From Raillietiella orientalis (Eukaryota): a DNA stretch of 64,000 bases. The stretch is from NCBI GenBank assembly GCA_036172245.1, contig JAYWIR010000039.1, positions 62,001 through 126,000 of the forward strand. Direction: 5' to 3'. This document shows positions 26,401 through 36,639 of this stretch, piece by piece (position 1 is the stretch's first letter; every line of letters begins with the position of its first letter). The notes beneath the pieces were generated by a model. It did no database searches. It saw nothing but the letters and a program-made list of their open reading frames with translations, and had not been told where the DNA came from. Position numbers and translations under genes: made by a program.

Positions 26401-27288
26401 TCCCTGCCGCCGTCGCTGCCGCCTGGCGGGGGAGGAGGCGAACTACTCCCTGGAGGCGTGGTCCCGTCGGTAGTGGGCTCCCTGAGAGGCCCATCCCGGG
26501 AGCTGTCACCCACCCCTCCCGAGAGTTCCGGGATGGCCCCTCTGGGGCGGGCGGTCCGTCCTCCGTCGCTGTCTGACACCTTCGGGCTCACAGTCGGCCC
26601 TGGAACGACCGGAAGGGGAAGGAAGGGGAGCGCTGCGAGAGGGAGGGGAGGGGAGGGGGAAAGGGCGGTCTTCTCACCATGGGTCGACGCAACGTCCCGC
26701 CCTCGTGGCCGCTCCTCCGGGAACCAGCCGAGCCCGGAGGCGTCCGCCGTCGTCTCTCCGCCGGGGTCGCCCTCTTCCCTCTGGCGCTCCCCTGGAGATC
26801 GCAGATCTGCATGTGGGAAGGGAAATAGAGGTGATGGGGGAGGGGTCCTCCGGGAGGCGCGGTCACCCACCTCGGCGCAGCAGCACCACGACGGCGACGA
26901 GTGCCGCCGCGCCCACCAGCGCCAGGAGGACGACGGCGGCACCGGCGAGAATGCAGCTCCTCCTCCGCGACCTCCTTGGGCAGCGGCGGCCCTGGGCTTT
27001 TCCCTCCGAGTCCAGGGCGGTCCCGTCGTCCTGCAACGCGAAAGCGGAGTTACCCGCGAAAGCTTTGGGGAGGCCGGTGTCGGGACCCCTTCCCCGAGGG
27101 GGGAAGTTACGGACGCATGAGTTCTTAACCCCGAAAGCTGGAACCCTGCCTCGTCACCGCCGGGAGAAGGAAGGGATGGGGAAGGAGGAGGTGGTGCGCG
27201 CGGAGGGGTCATCGCTGACCTGCACTCTGTACTTCTCCTTGAGGGTCTGCCACTCCCACTGGTACATGCTTCTGAGGCTGCAATGCAT
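23498..27288 (-). CDS. Type II transmembrane protein: TM helix, low-complexity stalk, Frizzled CRD, 5 LDL-receptor class A repeats, no protease domain (corin-like ectodomain). Exons (-): 27267 or 27288-27220, 27030-26871, 26806-26678, 26599-26142(?), 26040-25983(?), 25904-25593, 24682-24566, 24357-24219, 24161-23899, 23814-23498
   Basis: TM segment [25 protein letters not shown] follows basic RRSRRR. Ten-cysteine Fz domain from CSALDLDLC through [18 protein letters not shown] and PPCKQFC to [13 protein letters not shown]. LDLa repeats [84 protein letters not shown] junctions. The start codon and the stalk exon structure are uncertain. Confidence 0.88.
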
Positions 27289-28599
27289 CTCTTCCGCTGG
27301 TGGTGGTGCGCGCCGCCAAAGCTCCGCACACGCAGCCGCGCAACCTGCCCGTTTCCGAGGCAACGCGCGCACTGAGCGCTGCCGGCAGAGTCGCCGAGCG
27401 GACGCCACCGCGGCCTCCTGGCGTCGCCTCGCCGCGCGAGACCGCGCGCACGCGCGGGAGGGAGGAGGAACGGAGGAGAGGGACTTCGACGGAAAGGGCC
27501 ATCTCCATCCCAATGCTTGCCTCTGCCTGGAGCAGGGGCGAAGGAGAACAGCCGCTCCTGCCTCCTTCCCCCGCCGGTGGAGCAGCAGCAGCAGCAGCCT
27601 CCTACCCAGCTAGAGGATCGGCCGGGAGCCGGGAACCTCCCGTCCCTCATCCCCCATACCCCCTTGCCGAGTGCGGTCGCAGCCCCCTGGTTGAGGACGG
27701 CGGCAGAGGCGATGCGAGCGCCGCGGCGGCGGTGGAGGAGGCTGCGGCGAACTGCTGCTGCGTTGAGGCGCGCGCCCGCTCTCTCCTCGTTCCACCCCCA
27801 TCCTCGTTCCCCTCCTCGTGCTCGGGTGCCGTCCCATGGACCCTTCGCCGGGGGGGAGGCAAGCAAGCGGCTCCACGCACTGCGGGGCAGCCGCGAAGAG
27901 GAGGAGGTGGGTGGGTGGATGGGAGTCAAGGAGAAGAAATCGCGCGTGCGCGCGGACACCGCCTAGAGGCGCCGGAGGCGATGACGCGACCGCCGCCGCC
28001 TTCGCTCCATTTCCGCGTGGTCTCTCTCTGCGCCTCACCTTGGGCTCGTTCCCTGACTCCGTCGCGGTGCCGCAAGCGCGCGAGCGCCCACGGGAGCGAT
28101 GGAGGGCGTGGGCGATCACCCTGCCCCCAACTCCATTCGCCTTCCCCCTCGAGGGTCCAGGATGGCAGCTCGGGAAAGTCGTGCTCGCAGCGCCGCAGCA
28201 GGGGTCGGGCGAAAGATGAGCACAGTCCCCGCTCGGCTGGTCCTTCTGCTCTGCGGAGCCGCGGTATCGGGCAACCACCCGCTTCCCTCTGTCGTCAGCG
28301 CGCGCGCACCGGCCTATGGGGATTTCCCCTTCTTCCTCCTCCTCCTTCTCCCGAGGGGACCCCACGAGAACTCATCGCGCAGCCACAAGAACTCCCTTTC
28401 CTCCAGGTTCCCCGTCTATCCTGACATGCAGAAGGTAAACTGCCCGGAGCGCGGCTTTTCCCTTCCCTTAATCCTCCAGGAGCTCTCCACTCCCGCAGGC
28501 AGGGCATTCCTGCTCTCCTGGATCGGCGAGAAGGCGACTCCCTCCCGAAGCCACCCCTAGAGGTATCCGGGCGCGCTCCCGAGGCGGTTGGCTGCGCCC

Positions 28600-30950
28600 G
28601 ACCGGCGGACCGCGGCCTGCGACCCGGGAGGAACGTTCGGCCAGGGTCGGAGGCTGCCCTCTCCGTTGCCCCGGCAACCGCTTCACTCGCCTCTTACCGG
28701 TCGGGCGACGATGGGCGGAGAGGAAGCAGCGTCTTTACCTTCGAGGGAGTTCGGGGTGGTTGCGGCAGTTTCCGGCCTGGAAGACCCTTCGCAGGCCGAG
28801 CGCCTCCTCGATGCATCTTCGCCGCTTGCTGCAGGCAGGCAACCCGTAGGAGTTGCCCCTCCCTTTTTCTTCCCCGAGAGGGTTGCGTTCCCGAACTGCC
28901 CGGCAGGGAGGTCGCCAGGTCCGAGAAAGGCTCCTGCCTCCCCCCACCTCGCTCTGCTGCCCAGCAGGGACGTCAAGGGGCGTTCCTCACGGGGGCAGCG
29001 GCTCCCGTCACTTCTGGTCGAACGCGGTCGGGCGAGTCCAGGAACGGTAACTCGAGTGGACGCCGAGATCGCGCGGTCCGCCTCCAGGCAGAAAGGTAAG
29101 AGGAGGAGAGGTCACAGCGGAAAGGTCGCAGGGGGGCGTGGACTCTTCGGGTGCGAACCGGTCCGCCCGGTGGCAGATGCAGCGGGCAGCCCGTCAGGGC
29201 AGAAAGTTCTCCTTACGATGGGGCAAACGCCTTCCGAGGGACAACTGGACGCCCATGCTGCTCCTCCTGGCAACGGGGAGTCCATCCTCTGAAAAAAAGC
29301 AGTCACGCACCCGGACTGAGCGCCTTCGCGCTCCCCACGGAGAGCTCGGCGGCTCCCTTTCCGAAGGAACCGTCCGATGCAGATCTGTGCCTCCGCCTCA
29401 AGGGGGGATCGGCCTCAGTGGCTGCCCCTTCGCTACGAGAATAGCAGAATCAACCCCTTCCAGCCCGGCAAGTCGGATGCGGGCAAGCAGCCCGCGATCG
29501 GCCGACCTTCCCTTCCTTCCGCGCCTCCTCCTGCCGATCGAGCGACCTCGTGCGGCGGAAACCATCGAGCCTCGTCTCATGGGGATCCAGACCATTCCCA
29601 CCACTCCATCCCGAGGTCTCTTGGCCTGCTTGCGCACCACGTGCCGGCTGGTGGGGGCAGCAGAGGTGCCGGTGCGACCGGGTTGCGAGCGAGGAGCGAC
29701 TCGTCGCTGCCGCGTGGGGGGCGAGTCTCCTGGGAGACGATGAGATTCTATGCAGCGTGCGGCTGCGCTCCTCGAGGGGAGGTTCTATGAGAAAGGAGGG
29801 GTACCTCCTGCGCTCCCCCCCCCCGTCCAGCTCTGCAGACTCCAGGAGAAAGTCCCTGTTCCGGGCTTCATTAGAAGTGGCGGGAGCGGCGGCTCTGCGT
29901 GCCGATGAGACTGTGGCGGCGGGGGAGGTGCCACCCTGTAGCCAGGTCCTCCACTCTAGAGGGACACTGCTCTGCAGCCTGTAGGTGTCTTCAGGGAAAT
30001 GCAGCCTTCCTCGCGCCGATCCTTTGCAGGTTCACTTTCGACCCGCATTCGCTTCGCCTTTGCCCGCCTTCGTCTGCTCCTGGTCCATTTTTTTTCCCCC
30101 CTTTTCGGTTCCTGTATGACTTCCCCATCTCGGTAGATCCGAGCGCTCGCGTGCTGCTTCATCCACTTCCCACGGCTGCAAGGTATACTGAGACGGCCTT
30201 GAACGACTGCGAGCTTCAGGATCGTGAAGGTACGCTGCGAAAGAGCAAGGATGCAGCGGGTGACTTTTTCCGAGATGCTGATCGTCATGGCGACGGATCG
30301 CTGACCTGCGGTAGCATGGCCAGTAGCAGAGGGAGTCCTCCACGCAATATATGATCGTCCCATCCTCCCCTTCGGTGCCTTTTTGAGGAGCATCGTGCGT
30401 TGAGTGTTCAATGGGCTCTTCTGTTGTGGCCCTCTTGTGCACCCTCGTGTCCCTTGTGGTTTAGTTTTCAACTAGCAATAATCGCGCCTCCCTTAAGTTC
30501 AGCGGCGGCGATACTGCCCGTGAGCAAGGTCCCTTGTGGTGTACGAGCGCTTCGTCTCAAACCCAATGGGAGCGCGTCGCGCGCTTTCGCTCGAGGGGCG
30601 CCTTGTGGGAGGAGGCGTTCGTGAGAGGGGGAGGAAGGATCTTTGGAGCTTCCGCTCATCGGGCCAGTGATATGCAAATGCTGGTCCCGCATGCAAACAT
30701 CCCAGGCGGTGGTGCAATCGTCACGCCACCACCTCTCGACCAATCGGGGAGGGCCCACGACTCGGTTCTGCGGGTGTCTCAGCACGGTGTCCCAGCCTCG
30801 TTTCCCAGCCGTCTCCGTCGTCGCTCGCGCCTCCAGGGATGCTCCGCGTGGAGAGGGGAGGGACGGTTTCTTATGGTTCCTGGGGCGGCTTCCTACCTTC
30901 TGCAGCGCCGGACGCCCTCCCTGGGATCCGGGTCGCCCCGGATCGACACC
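28600..30950 (+). mobile_element. Patchwork of decayed LINE ORF2 fragments (endonuclease-end and zinc-finger remnants)
   Basis: HFWSNAVGRV (about 29010, resembles the W-K-x-N motif after the endonuclease); RCRCDRVASEE (about 29670) and HHLSTNR...FCGC (about 30725-30780) resemble the C-terminal zinc-finger region. Confidence 0.4.
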
Positions 30951-31429
30951 GCGCCAGGTGCTGCTGCGCCGGGAAGACGACCGGGGCACTGCCGAGACCA
31001 GGGCTGGCTGCTCTCCCCCTCGGGATTCGAACCCACAGCCGCATGCGCGCCCCCCGAGGAGTTTCCGCCGCCGAAAGCATACTGACTCGACTTTCGATGC
31101 TGTGCGCGGCTCTCAATGGTCTCCACTTCGTGGGTGCGCGCCCGGCCGTTCCGAGGGTGACCTGAGAGGCTGGCTCGGTTGGGATCCCGGATTCTTTCTG
31201 CGGGACGTTCGACCACCTCGGGTGGGTTAGCCACCCGTTGTTGACGTGCTTCCTGAAAAAGGGATCTGGAATCTCGCACGAGAGAGGAAGAGGCAGGGTT
31301 TCGAAGGACCTTCGCTGCTCTGGCGCCATCTTGAACCGTCACCACCCTTCCGATGAGGTTCACTCGTTTCGCGCCGAGGAAGGCATCGTCCAGGCATCTT
31401 CCACACGAAGTCCAGGAAACAGGAGGCCA

Positions 31430-32100
31430 CCTCCGGGTTTTCCTTCCGCATTGTTGCTGTCCCAAAGAAGACAGTCTCTCTCGAAAGTTGTCTGCTTACA
31501 GTCCAGAGGCTGCCGTCAACGACTGCGCGGCTGCACCACAGCGCGCAGCCGGGAGCAAGAATCCTTCGGGACGATCGACTCATCCCGTGGCTCCTTCTTC
31601 GGACCTAAATCTGAGATGGTGGGGTCATCGCACGGTGCAACCCAAGAAGGCAAGGCGGGATTTCGAAGAGATCCTGCTTGGCGGCAAGCCGCGAAGATCG
31701 CGCGATGCTGAACCAAATCAGCGGCTCGCAAATGCCCAGCTGTTCAATAACTCCCGAATGGCCTGGAGGCCTCGTGGTGCTCAGAGAGGGGGCCCGCTGA
31801 CACCCCGTGGAAGACGGGCTCCGGGGAACGGGCGTGACGACGGTGCTCCTCGCGGCAGGGACTCTGCGACGTCCTCGGACTTCGTCCAGCACACCTGCAG
31901 AGAGTTGGCTGCCTGCTCGCGGGGGCGGGAGAAGGGGAGGAGAATCCCTCGTCTGTGGGCAATCCTCATGCCCGCCCTCTTTCCCCTGGCCGCTGGGGCG
32001 CCAGCGGGAGTAGGCTGCTCGGTGAATCACCGCGGCGCCCGCCATCTGCCCACAACCGCTCTGATGCCCAGCGGCGAAGGCGGTAAGATCGACGCGGCAG
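31430..32100 (-). mobile_element. Decayed repeat, probably LINE ORF1 (gag-like) region; paralogue of 58400-58900
   Basis: Collinear DNA similarity with 58441-58885, with indels (e.g. CAACGACTGCGCGG, CGTGGCTCCTTCTT, CCGTGGAAGACGGGC, GACGGTGCTCCTCGCGG). Shared minus-strand peptide REEHR(R)HARS..PVFHG. Confidence 0.65.
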
Positions 32101-32124
32101 GCGGATGTGCTCCCACTGGGAGCG

Positions 32125-32275
32125 GAGGAGGAGGAGGAAGAGGATGAGAAGAGGAAGAAGAAAAGAGAAGGAGGTGGAAGAAAGGAAGGGGAAAAAGAAA
32201 GGAAAAGGAAGAAGAAAGGAAGCTATGGAATACAAAGGGAGAAGGAGGAGGAAGAAGAAGGGAGGAGGAGGAGGC
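32125..32275 (+). repeat. Purine-rich (GA) low-complexity tract
   Basis: About 150 nt of almost pure G/A (GGAGGA/GAAGAA). Confidence 0.9.
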
Positions 32276-32329
32276 AGCCTCCGGATTCCTAGATTCGAAT
32301 CCTTATGATAACGAGCCTCGAGGCTCCTT

Positions 32330-35300
32330 GCGGGACCATGAGCTCTGCAGCTCAAAGGATGAAACGAACTCCCAGAAGAGAGATCGCCCTCAAAGAGTTC
32401 CCGACGTCTTTTCCACGCCACCCACCACGAGCGCTTCGAACCTCGGCCTCTGCTCCCGAAAACGGTCGGTTGACGAGCCGGTGGATTCTTGTGGTTGAGG
32501 ATTTGCGCCCTTAAAAACGTGCCGTGGACGAAACGCCCCTGCAGGGCTGTCGGTCTTGCTCATGGGGGTGAGTGGGCGACGACTCAGGCGGGACAAAAGA
32601 TGAGCTCCCCCTCCAAGGTCTTCCTGACTGACTGAGGACCTGAGGATCTGCACCTGTCCCCCTATCCCTCCTCTCTTCTACTCCTCCGTGGTTCGCCAGA
32701 ATTCCGCCTGGAGCCACGAGGAGCCCAGTGATGGCTCGGGGCACGGAAAAGAAGCCGCTGTGTCTGCCGCACTCCTACGATCGGCGCCCGCTCGTCCGCC
32801 CCACTTGGACTCCGCGCGGCGAATTCAGAAGAGAGCCAACGCGTGGGTTGGGGGGAGGGCCCATGACCCTCGTGGGAAGGCAGCTTGCTCCTCCACTGTT
32901 ACTGGATTCGGAGCTTCCCGATGCAGCACCGGAACGCCCGTGGGAATCATCGGACCGGAGAGGGGGAGGGACGTTTCGGCTCCAGCACCTGCTTGTGGAC
33001 CGTATTGCCCTTCGGAGACACCTGATATAGATCCTGTGGATTCCGGCAGGCAACCCCCAGGGGACGCCTCTTCGTGCGAGATGTCCTGCAACCACCCGTG
33101 CGTCCTTGGCTACCGTCGCCGGATGCTGGTGGCCTGGAGCGCCAGGTGCGAAAGGCGCCACCACCGACGGAGATCGCACCCAGGTCCCGGCCCCACCTGG
33201 GAGATGACCTGCTGGGATCTGCCAGCATCCTCGGAAGGAGAGCCGGAACGAAAAAACCGTAAGACTTCTGTTGACGGAAACTCCTGCTCTGCGGCGAACG
33301 GGAGGGTCCGATCCGTCCTTGGAGCGGATGCGGGCCGCGCCTGGGACCGGCGGGCGACTCAGTGGCGGCTGGTGCAGCGTCTCGGAAGGAGGAGGATGCA
33401 GGTTTTCGTGGCGACAGCCTGGCGTGAATGCCGAGGCCGGCTCACCGTCCACCGTGCCGCTCCCGACGTTGCTACAGGCCACCCTGGCGCGGTACCCGCC
33501 CGGCCAGAGAGTCCTCTGCGTCCCCGGGTCCTAGGGGAAAGCCGCCCCGGTTCTCAGCGTCCCAGCGTGCGGAGGGAGCGAAGGAACGAAGCCCCGCCCC
33601 ACGTAGGCGGGGATTCACGAGGGGTCGCTGGCTCCGCGGCGTCCCGGTTGCGTGGCAGCACCGCGGTGCACGGGCTCGACACGGGGGAGGAGGATGACTC
33701 CTGTCCTGTCCTGTTCCCCTGTCCTGCCAGGAGATGGGTTCCCGCGCAGCAGCAATCTCAGGCTCGCTAGGAAACGGGACATCCTCCCAGAGAGATCGGC
33801 AGCCGGGAGCTGGGAACGGTCAGGGAGGATTTCTTACCGCATCCACTTACTCCCCGAGGAAGCGGCGCCGAGGTTCCTTGCACCTGATCTGGACCCGGTT
33901 CAACAAGGCGAGGAGAGGGCCATCTCCGAGGCGACCCTGAACTCGGGAGAAGTCGGGCCGCATTGCGCGGTGGGAGTCCAGGCAAGCGTGAGGTGGATCT
34001 GCACTTCTCGGGATGATTCGGCTCGATTGGCTCTGGCCGCAAAGACGGCAAAGGGAAAGGCTCTTTGCCGTTGGGAACTCACGCCAAGAAGGACGCCTTT
34101 GGTCCATCAAGTGCTGAAGAACCGTCCGCCTCGCTAGCGAGGGGCTCACGGAGCTCTTCAATGCTGTTCCACGCCACCTGAGGACATGTCTCAACTCTTC
34201 AAGCTGTAGGGGTAACCTCGGAGGGGACCACACCCTAGGGATCCAGAAGGGCTTCTATAGAAAGGGTTCGTTCCTCTTGCGGGAACCCTCTTACGACCTG
34301 TCGCGTTTCTTGGAATGGAAAGGAAATTCGTAAATTGTGGTACGACGCGTGGTTCCCACTCCGTTTCCCTCTTACAGAGTGCTCCTGCTTCCGGAAAGGG
34401 AGGTACGCTCGACAGCCCCTGCAGGAGATCGTGCGGAACCCACGCAAGCTGCTGAGGGCCTCGTTCATCCCCGTTGTCACAGTGCTGCCCTTCCTGAAAA
34501 ACTCTAGGGACAGAGACCTCTCGGAAAGATGAGATGTGTGCAGCTGTATCAAAGGCAGGAAAAAACTTTTAAGCGCGTGGGCAACTTGACAGCAAGCGGA
34601 CGCTGCGACCCCGAGTGCCCTGACGAAAGAACTGCTACGCTGGGGAGAGCTGCTCGCGACACCTACTCCAGAAAAGGTAAAGTGGCCCCCGCTGCCCCAG
34701 CACTCTGGGACAGTGGAGCCCTCTCCCTCAAATGGCAAGAGGTGAGGTTGCTTTTTTTGCATTGGGGAATCTCATGAAGAGCGCGCCTCCATCACTGGAC
34801 ACAGGGGAGCGTCGATGCTCTTTGTGGAAGGTGTGGAGAGAAGGAAGAGACCTTCCCACACTTTTTGGTAGCGACTGTTCTCTTTCTCAACCCCTTTGGA
34901 ATCACCTCGCGACGGTCCTAGGAAATCCGGAGGGCGAATCCAGGAGCATTTTCCGAAGCCTCCTCCGGCGTACTGATCTGCCACCAGCCGCGCCCTTAGC
35001 AGTTCTCTGCTGCTGCGTCCGTGGAATCGTGGCATCCTGGAACGCGACAAGGAGAGCAAAATAGCAGGGACGCCATCCACTGGACGGTGATCTTTTGGAA
35101 GACCGTGTCGGGATGGACCCATCTGGGCAGTTCCAAAACAGCACTTGTCAGCACCCTGAACAGGATGCAGAGGACATCTTTAGGAGAACAGTGATCCCTC
35201 CCCTCCCTAAGAAACTTTTCTCTCTCCCATTTTACCCCTCTTTTTTTGTTTTTTGTGGTTTTCTCTACCCCTACGCCGACGGGACGTACCTCATCGGTCT

Positions 35301-35420
35301 GCGCACCGGCTTTTGGTAATTGGTTCGCACGTGGTGGAACCACTTTCTTGAGGTAGTTCCACGAATCTGTAATATAGACGACTTTTATAATAATTTCTTA
35401 TAATAAATGCCCCGGCAAAT
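32330..35420 (+). mobile_element. Long decayed L1/Tx1-like element ending in a recognisable 3' UTR
   Basis: Remnants in order: TRGRRMTPVLS (resembles RGVRQGCPLS, about 33680), ISEATLNSGE (resembles SGA-x-x-N-x-x-K, about 33925), zinc-finger RCSLW..TLFGSDC (about 34810-34878), C-terminus GWTHLGSS..LNRMQRT* and a 3' UTR homologous to 8860-9070. Confidence 0.75.
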
Positions 35421-35439
35421 CCGGATGAAAAACCACACC

Positions 35440-35660
35440 CCGTTTGCCCACACCCCGTTTGCCCTGGTCGGCGGTGCGCACACCAGCGGGGCTCCCCTCG
35501 GCAGTGGAGAGGGAGGGGAGAAAAGAAAAAGAAAGAACAAATAGAAAAATAGATGAGAATCTTTGGGAGAGATCCTTGTCCTCTGGAGGGATCCCTATGC
35601 ATCCTTTCCATGGATGCCGTCTAGGTCCGTCCTGATGGCACCCAGGTGGCCGCCGACGCA
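35440..35660 (-). mobile_element. Severely 5'-truncated LINE 3' end, tail-to-tail with the preceding copy
   Basis: Aligns with 36700-36900 (CCTCGGCAG(T/C)GGAG, A-rich tract, CTGGAGGG..TGCATCCTTTCCA(T/G)G(G)ATGC, CCCAGGTGG). Confidence 0.8.
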
Positions 35661-36639
35661 CGGTGGGATGAAAAGGGGGATCGCTTTCCGCGTCTGTCGC
35701 GTCGCACGCGTGCATTCGCGGCGTACCTCTCAGTGGCTGGGGAGACGCCCCTATGCACCACCAGGGTCCGCCCGCGGGTGTGTAAGACTCTCCAAGACGT
35801 AGGGGGCGACCCCGGAGAGAGAAGTCCTCTCCTTGCCTCTCCCTCCGATGGGAGCCCCACAAAAGGGACGCTTCCCGTTTCCGCAGAAGGGAGAGCGACG
35901 CCTTCTCCGATTCGAACCGGCGACGCCAGCGAGGTCGCCGGACGGGTTCCATCAGACGATCTCTTCCCACCCGACCTCGATGCCTCTTCCAAAGGGGGTG
36001 CGGGACGGCGGGCATCCCCGGCAACTCCCCCGCCCACCGCTTCGACAGTGGGGGATTCCCCGAGTCGCCAGCCAGCGTAAAGCGGAACTCTCCATTCACG
36101 ACATTCATTCATCCGTCCGTCTATTCATTCCTTCTGCTCCGCCGGGGAGCGGCCGGCGAGCGCGAGAGGAAGATCCCGAGGAAGCTGGTAGGCAGGCGGG
36201 CGGGCGTGCATTTATACGAAGGCACGTCGCGAGCGGATCGCGGACGAGCGGCGCTGGGAGAGTTCTGGATTTCCTCGCTCGGCGAAGTAAGGGAAGAGAG
36301 TTTTCCTTCGCATCCCTCTCCATTGCGCGGCAATGCGCGCGCGCCAGCGCCAACCATTTGATCTCGCCTCCATGCAATCGCGGCGGCTCGTTCCCGGAGA
36401 TAACTCCGATCCCGGGGATGATGCAAATGGAACACACGTAAGTCGCCTTCGATGTCCTATGCCGAGATACGCCAGAAAGCTGTGTGTATATGTGTTTTTT
36501 CTTGCCCGAGGCGTGACCCTCGTGCTCTCTTGCTTGTAAAGTCGAGTCTTTTTTTTGACGCAACCTGAGATAGAACCTGAGGTCATTCTGACGTCATTCT
36601 GAGTCATTCTGACGCAGCCTGAGGAAGAACATAACCTGA

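Noticed and set aside
27300..28365. Possible additional 5' coding exons of the Fz/LDLa gene (donor-like GTGAGG near 28038)
   Set aside because: Several frames are open in very GC-rich DNA and none can be chosen without transcript data.
28216..28434. Signal-peptide-like MSTVPARLVLLLCGAA with a possible second exon on +
   Set aside because: Splice phases are incompatible and give an immediate stop; no recognisable domain.
31022..31036. tRNA T-arm/B-box-like GTGGGTTCGAATCCC on the minus strand
   Set aside because: No acceptor stem, D-arm/A-box or anticodon arm could be built around it.
36211..36276. Minus-strand TATAAA with an upstream heat-shock-element-like array
   Set aside because: Two of three nGAAn units are mismatched and no credible gene lies downstream.
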